64,000 bases of DNA from Candidatus Nomurabacteria bacterium (GCA_943353835.1 CALRBA010000001.1:17497-81496); one strand, 5' to 3'; counted from the stretch's first letter, positions 26,611-37,353 are shown. Notes: generated by a model from the sequence alone, not told the origin. A program made the numbers and translations.

Positions 26611-28494
26611 ATGCCACCAAGACAAGATGATGATATCGGCTCTTTAGAGAAAGCCCGCAAACGGCTGTATGAGCCGGGAGCAGCTATGGATATACATCGT
26701 CCGCTTGTCGTTTCCGAAGGTCGTTCTATACCGCACGAATGGGAAAAAAATTCTCTTGATAACATACCACCTCAAGGGAAGCGGCATGTACGTTTCGCCG
26801 GCATATTCTTTGTATCGTCATTCATATTTTTCATTGCCGCGCTCGGAGTCGCCGGATACCTTTTCTATTTCGGAGTAAACTCGGTTTCGGTTAATAAAAT
26901 TACCATTGAGATCCTCGGTCCTACTACGATAGCCGGTGGCGACATCGTTCCGCTCTCAATCACGATAACGAACAGGAATCCTATTTCCGTTGAAAACGCA
27001 ACTGTAGAAATTAGTTTCCCTAACGGGACCGTCAGTGCGGACGGCTCTTTGAATGCGTACCCGCGCTATACGGAGAACTTCGGTACGTTAGAGAGCGGAG
27101 CAACCGTTACCAGGTCAATAAAGGCAATCATTTTCGGTGGAGCGGGACAGGCTCTTGTTCTACCTATATCCGTTTCTTTTGAGACTGCAGGCTCAAATTC
27201 TGTTTTTATAAAAAAGGACACATACGCTCTTGCCGTAACTTCAACCCCTCTCTCCGTATCGGTTGATACGATGACAGAAACCGTGTCCGGGAAGCCGATT
27301 ACGTTTACTCTTACTGTTCGTTCAAACGCGACAGTTCCTTTGAACAATGTACTATTGTCCGGTACGTTCCCGTTTGGATTTACCGTAAGCGATTCTTCAT
27401 TGCCTCTTAGTGGTTCAAATTTTATTCTTGGGACTATTCAGCCAGGCGCCATTAGTACAATAACGCTCACAGGAACGCTCTCCGGACAGAACAATGAACA
27501 GCGAGTTTTCCATTTCACCGTAGGCACTTCAAAATCTGCGAGCGACCAGACGCCCGCTGTCAATTATATGACGCAGGATGCAACCGTAACGATTACGGCG
27601 CCGTTTATCACGACGTCCATTTCAATCAACGGTGATACGGGGACGAATGTAGTTGTCTCCTCTGGAAGTTCTCATAATGTTACGGTTTCGTACGTAAACA
27701 CTCTTTCAACGTCAGTTACGAATGCGGAAGTTACAATAACGCTCTCTGGTTCAGCAATAGATTATGACAGCATCCAGACGACAAACGGTTTCTATCGTTC
27801 ACTAGACCGTACTATTGTCTTCAGTAGAGACACGGACCCATCTCTCTCGGCACTCGCTCCAGGCGCTTCCGGTATCGGCTCATTTACTTTTTCAACGCTC
27901 ACGGCTGGTTCTTTGGGCGGTACTCCTTCTATTACATTTACGACTTCCGTATCCGGTACTCGCGTCGGAGAAAGCAATGTACCGGAACAGATTAGCGCAT
28001 CAACCGTAAAGACTGTAAAAATTGCAACATCGGTCGTATTTTTATCATCTTCTCTGTACTCGTCCGGGTCTATAAGCAACAGCGGTCCTATACCTCCGCG
28101 AGTGGACAGAGCGACCACGTATACGATTCAGTGGAGTGCGCGTAACGGCGGTAGTACTATAGCTGACGGCATGGTCTCTGCGACACTACCTAGCTATGTG
28201 TCGTATACGGGCATAACTGCAGGCACCGGAGCGTTCTCGTATGACAAGGCGTCAAGAACCGTTTCGTGGAATATAGGTAATATAGCGCAAGAAGCAAATG
28301 TTGAAGGAGCATTCCAAGTCTCGCTCACTCCGTCAACCTCGCAGAAGGGAAGTGCGCCACAACTCACTGGCGCGGTGTCTTTTTCAGGGTATGACCGCTT
28401 TGCCGGAGTACAGGTTAAAGCATCCGCAGACCCGTCCACCACAGAAACAGTACGTGACCCCGGGTATACCAGTGCGAAGGCGACTGTGCAATAA
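26611..28494 (+). CDS. Large membrane-anchored Thr/Ser-rich surface protein with repeated beta-rich (DUF11/CARDB-like) modules
   Basis: N-terminal TM anchor FAGIFFVSSFIFFIAALGVAGYLFYF; repeated TLTGTLSG / VTITLSGS-type modules. Confidence 0.5.
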   Translation: MPPRQDDDIGSLEKARKRLYEPGAAMDIHRPLVVSEGRSIPHEWEKNSLDNIPPQGKRHVRFAGIFFVSSFIFFIAALGVAGYLFYFGVNSVSVNKITIEILGPTTIAGGDIVPLSITITNRNPISVENATVEISFPNGTVSADGSLNAYPRYTENFGTLESGATVTRSIKAIIFGGAGQALVLPISVSFETAGSNSVFIKKDTYALAVTSTPLSVSVDTMTETVSGKPITFTLTVRSNATVPLNNVLLSGTFPFGFTVSDSSLPLSGSNFILGTIQPGAISTITLTGTLSGQNNEQRVFHFTVGTSKSASDQTPAVNYMTQDATVTITAPFITTSISINGDTGTNVVVSSGSSHNVTVSYVNTLSTSVTNAEVTITLSGSAIDYDSIQTTNGFYRSLDRTIVFSRDTDPSLSALAPGASGIGSFTFSTLTAGSLGGTPSITFTTSVSGTRVGESNVPEQISASTVKTVKIATSVVFLSSSLYSSGSISNSGPIPPRVDRATTYTIQWSARNGGSTIADGMVSATLPSYVSYTGITAGTGAFSYDKASRTVSWNIGNIAQEANVEGAFQVSLTPSTSQKGSAPQLTGAVSFSGYDRFAGVQVKASADPSTTETVRDPGYTSAKATVQ

Positions 28495-28505
28495 TCTAAT
28501 CTTGT

Positions 28506-29744
28506 ATGACTGATATGAACTTAATGGAAAAAATTGTTTCTCTCTGTAAGCGCCGTGGATTCGTCTTCCCGGGCTCTGAGATATACGGCGGACTCGCCGG
28601 CACCTTCGACTACGGTCCGCTCGGCGTCATTCTGAAAGAAAATGTACAGAACCTATGGTTGTCGATGTTTCGCGATTCTCGCGACGATATGTACGGCATT
28701 GACGCGCGAATCTTAATGAATCCGAAGGTGTGGGAGGCTTCGGGTCATGTTTCAACGTTTGCTGATCCGCTCGAAGATGGAAAAATGTTCAATACGATGT
28801 TCAAAACCACCGTTGGCGTTGGTGAAGAAGCGACGAGTATTTATTTACGGCCGGAAACTGCGGGCGGGATATTCACGAACTTCAAGAATGTTGTGGACTC
28901 AATGCATCCGAAACTGCCGTTCGGTATCGCACAGATAGGAACAGCGTTCAGGAACGAGATTGCGCCACGCGATTTCATATTTCGCCTGCGCGAGCTCTCG
29001 CAGATGGAAGTGGAGTATTTCGTGAAGCCCTCCGACTGGGAACAGGCGTTTGAAGAATGGAGAAAGCAGATGCATCTTTTTGCAAAAATGATTGGCCTCC
29101 CACAAGAGATGCTTCACGAGCTTGAAGTAGGGGATGGCGACCGTGCGCATTACTCTAAGCGCACGATAGACTTCGAGTTCGATTATCCGTTCGGTCGCAA
29201 GGAGCTCTGGGGTCTAGCGTATCGTACTGATTTCGACCTCTCTGCTCACGCGAAGGCATCTACGGTTGAGCTGACCTATCTTGATGAAGAAACAAAAGAG
29301 AAATTTATCCCGCACGTTATTGAACCTTCGCTCGGCGTTGATCGCACCATACTTGCCATTTTTGTAAGTGCCTATCGCGAAGACCAAATGGGCGATGAGA
29401 CCCGCACGTATCTTGCGCTCGCACCGAAAGTAGCACCCGTAAAAGCGATGGTCTCGCCACTTCTAAAAAATAAACCTGAACTCGTCCTGAAGGCGCGAGA
29501 AGTACGCAAAGAACTTCAGAAGATTCATCCTGCTATCGCATGGGACGACAACGGCAACATCGGCAAGCGCTACCGTCGCCAAGACGAGATTGGTACGCCG
29601 TTCTGTATTACCATCGACTTTGATACGCTTGGCGAGACGCCCGAGCTGAAGGACACCGTCACCCTCCGTCACCGCGACAGCGGTACCCAAGAGCGCCTCA
29701 GCCTCAACGAAGTCGCCTCCCGCATCAAAACTGCAATAGAGTAA
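28506..29744 (+). CDS. glyQS: Glycyl-tRNA synthetase (dimeric class II type)
   Basis: MEKIVSLCKRRGFVFPGSEIYGGLAGTFDYGPLG N-terminus; class II motifs. Confidence 0.85.
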   Translation: MTDMNLMEKIVSLCKRRGFVFPGSEIYGGLAGTFDYGPLGVILKENVQNLWLSMFRDSRDDMYGIDARILMNPKVWEASGHVSTFADPLEDGKMFNTMFKTTVGVGEEATSIYLRPETAGGIFTNFKNVVDSMHPKLPFGIAQIGTAFRNEIAPRDFIFRLRELSQMEVEYFVKPSDWEQAFEEWRKQMHLFAKMIGLPQEMLHELEVGDGDRAHYSKRTIDFEFDYPFGRKELWGLAYRTDFDLSAHAKASTVELTYLDEETKEKFIPHVIEPSLGVDRTILAIFVSAYREDQMGDETRTYLALAPKVAPVKAMVSPLLKNKPELVLKAREVRKELQKIHPAIAWDDNGNIGKRYRRQDEIGTPFCITIDFDTLGETPELKDTVTLRHRDSGTQERLSLNEVASRIKTAIE

Positions 29745-29790
29745 GAAATACATACTGCACGCACAGCAGACTGTATGCTACGATGCCCGT

Positions 29791-30849
29791 ATGGACAAGG
29801 AGATACGGGTTTCTATCACCTCGGGCACTATCGTTACTGCCTTGGCTATTGTCGTTGGTGCGTATTTGCTCTGGATCCTGCGCGACCTGGCTCTCTTAGT
29901 GCTGACCGCCATCATCATCGCCTCGGCGATAGAGCCCGGGGTCGCCTTTTTCATCCGCTATAACGTTCCCCGATTTGTCTCCGCGCTTTTGGTATACGTG
30001 TTCGTCTTTGGTGGCATCTTTTCAATCCTCTATTTCTTCTTCCCACCTATAATTTCTGACGCGACGAGCTTCTTAACGGCGATGCCCAGATATCTGGATA
30101 CGATAAATATCACCGCGCCTCTTTCAAATATTACCAACACGGTAAGCGTTGTAAGCAGTCAGCCTCAAGCGCAGTCATATATACAAACGCTTCTCTCGCT
30201 TCAGTCCCTTTTCACATCAAGTTCAGGCAGTGTTCTGCAGTTATTAATTACATTTTTCGGCGGTATCTTCTCTCTTATGCTCGTTATTGTTCTTTCGTTC
30301 TATTTCGCGTTGCAGGACACGGGCGTTGACGACTTCATCCGTTTGGTTATGCCGGTTAAATATGAAGAATACTATGTTGACCTCTGGAAGCGCTCACAAA
30401 AGAAGATAGGGCTTTGGATGCAAGGGCAGATACTTCTTTCTGTAATTGTCGGTGTGCTTGTATATCTAGGTCTTCTCATCATAGGCGTACCGTACGCCCT
30501 TCTTCTCGCAGTTTTCACTGCGATGGTTGAGATTATTCCGGTCTTCGGCTCCATAATAGCCGGAGTAGTCGCAGTCATTGTCGGATACTCCGACGGAGGT
30601 GTGGCAATCGCGGCGATAGTTGCAGGTCTCTACATTGTTGTGAACCAGTTTGAGTCCAATCTCATCTACCCTCTAATCGTAAAAAAGATCGTCGGTATCC
30701 CACCGCTCCTGGTCATAGTCGCTCTTATCGCCGGGTATACTCTCGCTGGTTTTCTGGGTGCGATTCTCTCCGTGCCCGTCTCGGCCGTTTTGCTTGAATT
30801 CATCAACGACTTTGACAAGCGCAAGCGCCGTACCGGACACACTTCTTAA
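29791..30849 (+). CDS. AI-2E family (PerM/UPF0118) transporter
   Basis: Eight-TM layout with conserved MVEIIPVFGSIIAGVVAVIVG segment. Confidence 0.8.
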   Translation: MDKEIRVSITSGTIVTALAIVVGAYLLWILRDLALLVLTAIIIASAIEPGVAFFIRYNVPRFVSALLVYVFVFGGIFSILYFFFPPIISDATSFLTAMPRYLDTINITAPLSNITNTVSVVSSQPQAQSYIQTLLSLQSLFTSSSGSVLQLLITFFGGIFSLMLVIVLSFYFALQDTGVDDFIRLVMPVKYEEYYVDLWKRSQKKIGLWMQGQILLSVIVGVLVYLGLLIIGVPYALLLAVFTAMVEIIPVFGSIIAGVVAVIVGYSDGGVAIAAIVAGLYIVVNQFESNLIYPLIVKKIVGIPPLLVIVALIAGYTLAGFLGAILSVPVSAVLLEFINDFDKRKRRTGHTS

Positions 30850-30851
30850 GA

Positions 30852-32285
30852 ATGGCACGTTTCGTATCAACCGCAATTCCGTATGTGAACGCGAAGCCGC
30901 ACATAGGCCACGCACTTGAATATGTGCAGGCAGATGCGTATGTTCGGGCACTGCGCCTAGCCGGCGAGGACATATTTTTCTTGACCGGCACAGATGACAA
31001 CGCTCTAAAGAATGTTCAGGCTGCCGAATCGGCTGGCGTACCAATTCAGGATTATGTCGCCGAGAACGCGAAGCATTTCGTTGAACTGGACAAGAGACTT
31101 AATGTTGTATATGACGATTTTATTCGTACATCAGCTGACCCGAGACATCGCGCTGGCGTAGAGAAGCTTTGGCGCGAGACGAACAAGAAGGATATTTACA
31201 AGAAAAGCTACAGAGGATTTTATTGTATCGGATGCGAAGAATTCAAAACGGAGAAGAATCTGATAAACGACGAATGTCCGGAACACCCAGGTAAACGATT
31301 GGAAGAAATTGAAGAGGAGAATTATTTTTTCCGCCTGTCCGCGTATCAGAATGTCCTACTTGAATTAATAGATTCCGGCAAATTAAAAATTGTTCCGGAA
31401 AGCCGTAAAAATGAAATAACATCTTTTATTCGCGGAGGATTGGAGGATTTCAGCGTATCGCGTACTGCCGGTAGAGCGAAGGGCTGGGGAATACCGGTAC
31501 CGGATGATCCAGACCAATTTCTATACGTTTGGTATGACGCGCTAGCTAATTACATAACTGCGCTCGGGTATGCGAGCGACGATGATACATATAAAAAATA
31601 TTGGGTATCAGCGGAGAATAAAACGCACATAATAGGAAAGGGTATAAATCGCTTTCATACGGTGTACTGGCCTGCCATGTTGCTTTCAGCCGGCGTGCCA
31701 CTTCCAACGGAGGTGTTTGTGCACGGATACGTCACCTCCGGCGGTCAGAAAATGAGCAAGTCAGTCGGTAATGTAATAGATCCGAACGAACTTCTAGACC
31801 GCTACGGCACGGACGCTGTGCGTTACTTCCTACTGCGTCACGGGCACCCGACGGAGGATTTTGATCTTACAGACGAACGTTGTCACGAGTGGTATACAGC
31901 CAACCTGACGAACGGACTCGGCAATCTAGTCGCACGCGTAATGAAGCTTGCAGAAGATCACTTACCAAACCCAGTTGCTATTACAAAAGAAGACCAAAAA
32001 ATATCAGAAGAGTTTTTCAGAAAAATAGAAAAATTTAAATTCAATGAGGCGATGGATTTTATCTTTTCGAAAATCTCGGCCGCCGATTCATTTATGAACA
32101 CTAATGAACCGTATAAAAAAATAAAGACGGACGCTAATATCGCACGCAATGATATTGAACATCTTGTGCGAGAATTAGTGAGCATAGCCTCGCACCTCGT
32201 TACAATGATGCCACGCACAGCGGAAATTATTACGACTGCAGTGCGCACCAACAAAAAGCCAGACAATCTTTTCCCCAGGTTATGA
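30852..32285 (+). CDS. metG: Methionyl-tRNA synthetase (core enzyme without the C-terminal tRNA-binding domain)
   Basis: PYVNAKPHIGHALE HIGH motif, CxxC...CPEH zinc knuckle and KMSKSVGN. It ends right after the anticodon-binding domain. Confidence 0.9.
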   Translation: MARFVSTAIPYVNAKPHIGHALEYVQADAYVRALRLAGEDIFFLTGTDDNALKNVQAAESAGVPIQDYVAENAKHFVELDKRLNVVYDDFIRTSADPRHRAGVEKLWRETNKKDIYKKSYRGFYCIGCEEFKTEKNLINDECPEHPGKRLEEIEEENYFFRLSAYQNVLLELIDSGKLKIVPESRKNEITSFIRGGLEDFSVSRTAGRAKGWGIPVPDDPDQFLYVWYDALANYITALGYASDDDTYKKYWVSAENKTHIIGKGINRFHTVYWPAMLLSAGVPLPTEVFVHGYVTSGGQKMSKSVGNVIDPNELLDRYGTDAVRYFLLRHGHPTEDFDLTDERCHEWYTANLTNGLGNLVARVMKLAEDHLPNPVAITKEDQKISEEFFRKIEKFKFNEAMDFIFSKISAADSFMNTNEPYKKIKTDANIARNDIEHLVRELVSIASHLVTMMPRTAEIITTAVRTNKKPDNLFPRL

Positions 32286-33133
32286 CTGTTAAGTATGTAG
32301 ACGCACACTGCCACATACAGTTTGAGCAATATGCCGAGGACGATGTGGAGCTGATCGGACGTATGAAAGAAGATGGCGTCGCGGGAATTGTTGTCGGTGT
32401 TGACCATGAATCTTCAAAAAAAGCGGTTGTACTCGCGCAGAAACATGAACATTTGTTCGTATCTGTCGGCCTGCATCCAAACCGTGTCACCGAAGAAATT
32501 TTTGATATAGAAGCGTTTCGTGATTTGGCGAAGAATAATAAAGTTGTCGCGATAGGGGAGTGCGGGTTAGATTATTATCGGTTACCTACTAACGAAACAG
32601 CCTACTCCGCTGAAGCTACGAAGGCCAAGCAAAAAGAAATTTTACAAAAACACATAGAGCTTGCAGTAGAAATAGATAAACCGCTCGTAATCCATGCGCG
32701 CCCGAGTAAGGGCACACAGCACCCCGTCGGGTATCCCGCTGCGGGAGATGCGTATCACGACCTGATAGAAATTCTGAAAAAAGCGAAATCAAAATATAAA
32801 AACTTGCGTGGTGACATACACTTTTTCGTCGGTGGAATTACGGAAGCTGAAGCGCTCATAGAGCTTGGGTTCACTATCTCGTTCACAGCCGTCATAACGT
32901 TCGCTCGCGATTATGATGAGGTAATTAGAAATGTGCCACTTGCGAGCATTTTATCAGAGACCGATTCGCCATACATTGCTCCTATCAGTCGTCGCGGTAA
33001 GCGCAATGACCCGCTCGCTGTCGTAGATGTCGTAGGTAAAATCTCAGAGATTAGGAACGAACATTTAGAAACCGTCAGATCCGCTATTTTCTCAAATGCA
33101 AAACGCCTATTTGCTCTACCAGAACTATCGTGA
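32282..33133 (+). CDS. tatD: TatD-family deoxyribonuclease
   Basis: YVDAHCHIQ N-terminus, conserved His/Glu/Asp metal ligands. Confidence 0.85.
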   Translation: MTVKYVDAHCHIQFEQYAEDDVELIGRMKEDGVAGIVVGVDHESSKKAVVLAQKHEHLFVSVGLHPNRVTEEIFDIEAFRDLAKNNKVVAIGECGLDYYRLPTNETAYSAEATKAKQKEILQKHIELAVEIDKPLVIHARPSKGTQHPVGYPAAGDAYHDLIEILKKAKSKYKNLRGDIHFFVGGITEAEALIELGFTISFTAVITFARDYDEVIRNVPLASILSETDSPYIAPISRRGKRNDPLAVVDVVGKISEIRNEHLETVRSAIFSNAKRLFALPELS

Positions 33134-33148
33134 TAGGATTCTGCCATT

Positions 33149-33637
33149 ATGGCGAAGCAGGATATGGATATGATAGTAGACGAAACGTTTGACGGCGACG
33201 GATCTGAACCGCGTGTATACGAGCTTGGCTTTCACTTGGACCCCGAATTACCCACAGAAGAGGTGAAGAGGAAATATAATGAAGTACGTGAATTTATTGC
33301 TGGTAAAGGTACTGTTGTCGCTGAAGGGGAACCGCAGAAGATTCAGCTCGCGTATACCATTTCTCGCCAAGAGACTTCCGGCAGACGCGATTTTGATTCT
33401 GCATATTTCGCGTGGGTTGTGTACGAAGTCGTAGCTTCTGACCACGCAGAAATTCTCACGATGGCATCTGCGAATAAGCGCATCATCCGCTTTATTGATT
33501 TGCTCACGACGAAGGATTCGGCTCGGCATTCTGCAGAGATGCGCGAAATTTCTATGAAAACTCAAGAGCGCATGGAAGATCCGGAAGAGGTCGCCGGCGC
33601 AGAGCTGGATGCCGCGCTTGAAAACGTTGTTGTATAA
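33149..33637 (+). CDS. rpsF: 30S ribosomal protein S6 (with N- and C-terminal extensions)
   Basis: RVYELGFHLDPEL...QKIQLAYTI...RIIRF core plus the conserved rpsF-ssb-rpsR synteny. Confidence 0.7.
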   Translation: MAKQDMDMIVDETFDGDGSEPRVYELGFHLDPELPTEEVKRKYNEVREFIAGKGTVVAEGEPQKIQLAYTISRQETSGRRDFDSAYFAWVVYEVVASDHAEILTMASANKRIIRFIDLLTTKDSARHSAEMREISMKTQERMEDPEEVAGAELDAALENVVV

Positions 33638-33647
33638 TAAAAAATAT

Positions 33648-34103
33648 ATGTACCTAAACAAAGTATTCCTCTACGGTAACTTAACCCGCGACCCGGAGCT
33701 GAAGGCGCTTCCGTCCGGAAGCAACGTTGCGAACTTCGGTCTCGCGACGAACCGCACCTATAAGGATAAGAGCGGAGCGAAGCAGGAGACGACAGAGTTT
33801 CATAACATTGTCGCATTCGGACGTACCGCAGAAGTTATCGCACAGTATTGCAAGAAAGGTCGCCCGATCTTCGTAGAGGGGCGCATCCAGACTCGTTCGT
33901 GGGAGGGGAAGGAGGATGGGAAGAAGCAGTATCGAACTGAGATTGTCGTGGACAATTTCCAGTTCGGTTCGGACGGTAGCAAAGGCGAATCTGGTGCCGG
34001 TGCCTCGCGCGCCGGACAAGAAGAACATCCGTCTCCTAAAGATGACGGCGAGGCGATCAAGTATCCAGACGAAGAAATTAATCCAGAGGACATCCCGTTT
34101 TAG
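33648..34103 (+). CDS. ssb: Single-stranded DNA-binding protein
   Basis: OB fold (NKVFLYGNLTRDPEL...TEFHNIVAFGRTAEV...GRIQTRSWE) and a C-terminal acidic tail ending DIPF. Confidence 0.85.
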   Translation: MYLNKVFLYGNLTRDPELKALPSGSNVANFGLATNRTYKDKSGAKQETTEFHNIVAFGRTAEVIAQYCKKGRPIFVEGRIQTRSWEGKEDGKKQYRTEIVVDNFQFGSDGSKGESGAGASRAGQEEHPSPKDDGEAIKYPDEEINPEDIPF

Positions 34104-34138
34104 TATTTTCTTAAATCTTACAACTTAAACCTGTATTT

Positions 34139-34345
34139 ATGGCATACCAAGCTGAAAGAGAAGAAGTAGAAATCAAGAAGTTTATAGACTACAAGGATGT
34201 TGCGTACTTGAAGCTCTTCACCAATCCGCACGCGAAGATGCTCTCCAAGAAGCGCACAGGCATCCCCGCCGGGAAACAGCGCGACATTATGCAGGCCATC
34301 AAACGCGCCCGTTATATGGCGCTCCTCCCGTACGTCTCCGCATAA
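34139..34345 (+). CDS. rpsR: 30S ribosomal protein S18
   Basis: IDYKDVAYLKLFTNPHAKMLSKKRTGIPAGKQRDIMQAIKRARYMALLPY. Confidence 0.85.
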   Translation: MAYQAEREEVEIKKFIDYKDVAYLKLFTNPHAKMLSKKRTGIPAGKQRDIMQAIKRARYMALLPYVSA

Positions 34346-34351
34346 AAGTCT

Positions 34352-34927
34352 CTAAGCCTTGTTGACACGTTCGGTATAATCGCCCGTGTCGGTGTTGATG
34401 CGGATGATGTCGCCCGTGTTTATGAAGAGAGGGACATTTACTTTTGCGCCCGTAATGAGCTCCACGAGCTTTGTCCCGCCACTGACCGTATTTCCCTTTA
34501 CTGCCGGTGGGGCGTCTTTAACTACGAGCTCAACTTTGATAGGTATCTTTATCGTCATTGGCTTGTCCTCGTAAGTAAGTACTTCAACGATGCTGTTCGG
34601 TGTGAGCCATTGCACTCTGTCGTGAACAACATTGTCAGGGAATGCGAATCGATTCTTTGCATTATCTTCTTCCGCGAACCAGCTCTCGCCCTTGTTTGTG
34701 TAGAGATAGCGCGCGGGCATGTTGCTAATGTCCGCCTCGGTAACGGTTTCGTTCTGATGAAATGATATTTCAATAACCTTACCGGAAACGAGATGACGCA
34801 ATTTCGTCTGATTCACCGGTTTTCTCTGTTGCATACGGAAGACATGCGACGAGAGCACCTCATAGGGCTCGTTGCTGTGATTAATAATGCACTTCGGGAG
34901 GATTTCGTTGTAGGAGAGTACGGCCAT
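34352..34927 (-). CDS. efp: Elongation factor P
   Basis: KOW-like N-terminus and KGNTVSGGTKLVELITGAKVNVPLFINTGDIIRINTDTGDYTERV matching the EF-P C-terminal domains. Confidence 0.85.
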   Translation of the reverse strand: MAVLSYNEILPKCIINHSNEPYEVLSSHVFRMQQRKPVNQTKLRHLVSGKVIEISFHQNETVTEADISNMPARYLYTNKGESWFAEEDNAKNRFAFPDNVVHDRVQWLTPNSIVEVLTYEDKPMTIKIPIKVELVVKDAPPAVKGNTVSGGTKLVELITGAKVNVPLFINTGDIIRINTDTGDYTERVNKA

Positions 34928-34966
34928 GGTTTTGAAACTAAAGACGGATAAAAATCGTTATAAAAA

Positions 34967-35584
34967 GTGCCCGATAGTGGCTATTCGTGTATGCTAGCAG
35001 ACATAATGAGTTTTACAACCACAGACCTCTCTACGCTCACCGATGCCGAGGTTCTCGCGCGTTCACAGAAGGAACCGGAGCTCTTCGCAATTCTGGTACG
35101 CCGATATGAGGCAGCTCTCCTGCGCCGTGCGCGGAAAATACTATTCTCTCCGGAAGATGCCGAAGAGGCGGTGCAGGACGCCTTCACCAAGATGTATCTC
35201 TACGCCGATAAGTATCATGCCCAAGAAGGGGCGAGCTTCTCTTCGTGGATGTACACCATCCTCAATCGTGTCGCGTACACCAAGTATGTCGCGAGGCGCA
35301 AGGAGAGTGGACAAAGAGCAGACCTAGAACCGGAGCACTACGAGTCACTGCCGGACGCTCGGGCAGAATTTATTGAAGACTTATCTATTCGTAATGAAGT
35401 CATCTCGGCACTCGCGAAACTGCCCGAGACAGCGTCAAAGATTCTGCGACTGCAATTTATAGAAGGGAAGACCCAAGAAGAAATCGCTGAGTCAGAACGG
35501 CTTTCCATTCCTGCCGTGAAGACGCGCGTGCATCGTGCGAAAAAACTTTTCAAACAAGCTTATGATGAACAACATTACTCGTAG
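34967..35584 (+). CDS. Sigma-70 family (ECF-like) RNA polymerase sigma factor
   Basis: Region 2 pattern (LVRRYEAALLRRARKIL...DAFTKMY) and a region 4 HTH (EIAESERLSIPAVKTRVHRAKKL). Confidence 0.75.
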   Translation: MPDSGYSCMLADIMSFTTTDLSTLTDAEVLARSQKEPELFAILVRRYEAALLRRARKILFSPEDAEEAVQDAFTKMYLYADKYHAQEGASFSSWMYTILNRVAYTKYVARRKESGQRADLEPEHYESLPDARAEFIEDLSIRNEVISALAKLPETASKILRLQFIEGKTQEEIAESERLSIPAVKTRVHRAKKLFKQAYDEQHYS

Positions 35585-35591
35585 TGACAAT

Positions 35592-35924
35592 ATGGAACCT
35601 ATGGATAACCAATCTTCAATTGAACGTGCGGTGATGCGCCGTATTCACATCATTCGCATATTGGGTCTTGTTATTTCAACGGCAACGTTGGCAATAATTA
35701 CTCTAGTTCTTGCTTTGTGGGGAATAGGGAAGGAGGTATGGGTAGAGCGCGTATTTCAAAATGCTCCGAAAGATTTTGTAAATATTCCGAATTTCCTCGT
35801 CTCCGCGTTCGGCAACACCAGACTCGTTGTTCAAATACTTGCGATTCTCACGTTCACATCCTTCATCTATCTCGCCCGCGCGACCGCTCGCGCAATTTCT
35901 TCAGTTTTCCGCACCCGCGTCTAA
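35592..35924 (+). CDS. Putative anti-sigma factor / small membrane protein downstream of the sigma factor
   Basis: Starts 8 nt after the sigma stop; two TM helices. Assigned by context only. Confidence 0.35.
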   Translation: MEPMDNQSSIERAVMRRIHIIRILGLVISTATLAIITLVLALWGIGKEVWVERVFQNAPKDFVNIPNFLVSAFGNTRLVVQILAILTFTSFIYLARATARAISSVFRTRV

Positions 35925-36970
35925 CTCTCCGCGAGTTTTAGTTTAATCTGTTTGAGAAGCTCTTTGGCGACGTCCTTATTATCGTGTAGGAATGTGCGCG
36001 AGGCATCGTAGCCGACGGCAAGTTTCTCGTCGCCGAATTTATAGGTTGCACCGGCTTTTTCAACAATGCCGAATTTCTCGCCAAGAGCGATAAGCTCACC
36101 CTCGCGACTTATACCCTCATTGTAAAGAAGGTCAAATTCTGTTGTTTTAAATGGTGCGGCTACTTTATTCTTTACCACCTTTACGCGCACTCTGCCTCCA
36201 ACGACCTCTTCACCCTTCTTAATTGAGGCGATACGGCGGATATCCAAGCGCACGGATGTGTAGAACTTCAGTGCCTTGCCTCCCGGTGTTGTCTCCGGAT
36301 TGCCGAACATTACGCCAATCTGCATTCGGATTTGATTAATGAAAACGACTATCGTCTTGCTCCTCGAGACTATTGCCGTGAGCTTACGAAGCGCTTGGCT
36401 CATAAGGCGTGCCTGCTTACCGACATGCTGTTGACCCATCTCTCCTTCAATCTCGTCTTTAGGAGTTAACGCCGCGACGGAGTCTATTACTATGATATCA
36501 ACATTTCCACTTCTAACTAAAGATTCCACAATATCCAGCGCCTGCTCGCCAGTGTCCGGCTGAGAGATGAGAAGCTCTTGTAGCTTTACGCCGATTCTGC
36601 GTGCATACTCTGGGTCTAATGCGTGTTCTGCGTCAACGAACGCCGCGATGCCACCGGCTTTTTGAGCTTCGGCTATGATGTGCAGAGCGAGTGTGGTCTT
36701 ACCGGATGATTCTGGGCCAAATATTTCTATGATTCGCCCGCGCGGGAGGCCTCCGACTCCTAGAGCTGCGTCTAGCCCGATGGATCCAGTTTGTATAACC
36801 GGAATCTTCTGTGGAACACCGACGCCGTAGGTCATAATGGCTTCGTCACCGAACTTGGTTCTGATCTCCTTTAGCGCCTGGTCAATAGACTTCTGCCGTT
36901 CGCTTTTATCAGTGCTAGCCACATTTAGTGTCTTCAATATTTTTTCTTTTTTTGGTTTTCCGAAGGCCAT
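35921..36970 (-). CDS. recA: Recombinase RecA
   Basis: [35 protein letters not shown] Walker A and the full RecA core; ~18-aa N-terminal extension. Confidence 0.9.
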   Translation of the reverse strand: MAFGKPKKEKILKTLNVASTDKSERQKSIDQALKEIRTKFGDEAIMTYGVGVPQKIPVIQTGSIGLDAALGVGGLPRGRIIEIFGPESSGKTTLALHIIAEAQKAGGIAAFVDAEHALDPEYARRIGVKLQELLISQPDTGEQALDIVESLVRSGNVDIIVIDSVAALTPKDEIEGEMGQQHVGKQARLMSQALRKLTAIVSRSKTIVVFINQIRMQIGVMFGNPETTPGGKALKFYTSVRLDIRRIASIKKGEEVVGGRVRVKVVKNKVAAPFKTTEFDLLYNEGISREGELIALGEKFGIVEKAGATYKFGDEKLAVGYDASRTFLHDNKDVAKELLKQIKLKLAES

Positions 36971-37020
36971 ATATAAGTGCAGGGTTAAGTATTAAGTATA
37001 AGGTATAAAGTATAGGAAAA

Positions 37021-37353
37021 TCAGGGAACGAAGATAGAGCGAGCTTCAGTCACAGTTCTGCCGAAGCGGTCGGTGACTGTGAATGTAAGTATAGACCCTC
37101 CGCGAGGGAAGGTAAGAGTTGACGAGAAGTCGCCGTTCTGGTCATGAAGCATGGTCGCTCCGTTAAGCGTAATTGCTGACGCCCGTTCCGCTCTTCCTAT
37201 TATGCTCACTATCCCGCCCGGGAACGGTGCGCCATCAGTCGGAGAAGTAATAGATAGTGTAGGACCGGCTAAAAGTGGCCACGCCTCTACAAGACCGTAA
37301 ACTATTAAAACGAACAGAATCGCACCGATAAGATATTTAGTCATTTTTATCAA
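37021..37353 (-). CDS. Small secreted hypothetical protein
   Basis: N-terminal signal-anchor helix; coupled to ftsK (overlap). Confidence 0.35.
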   Translation of the reverse strand: MIKMTKYLIGAILFVLIVYGLVEAWPLLAGPTLSITSPTDGAPFPGGIVSIIGRAERASAITLNGATMLHDQNGDFSSTLTFPRGGSILTFTVTDRFGRTVTEARSIFVP

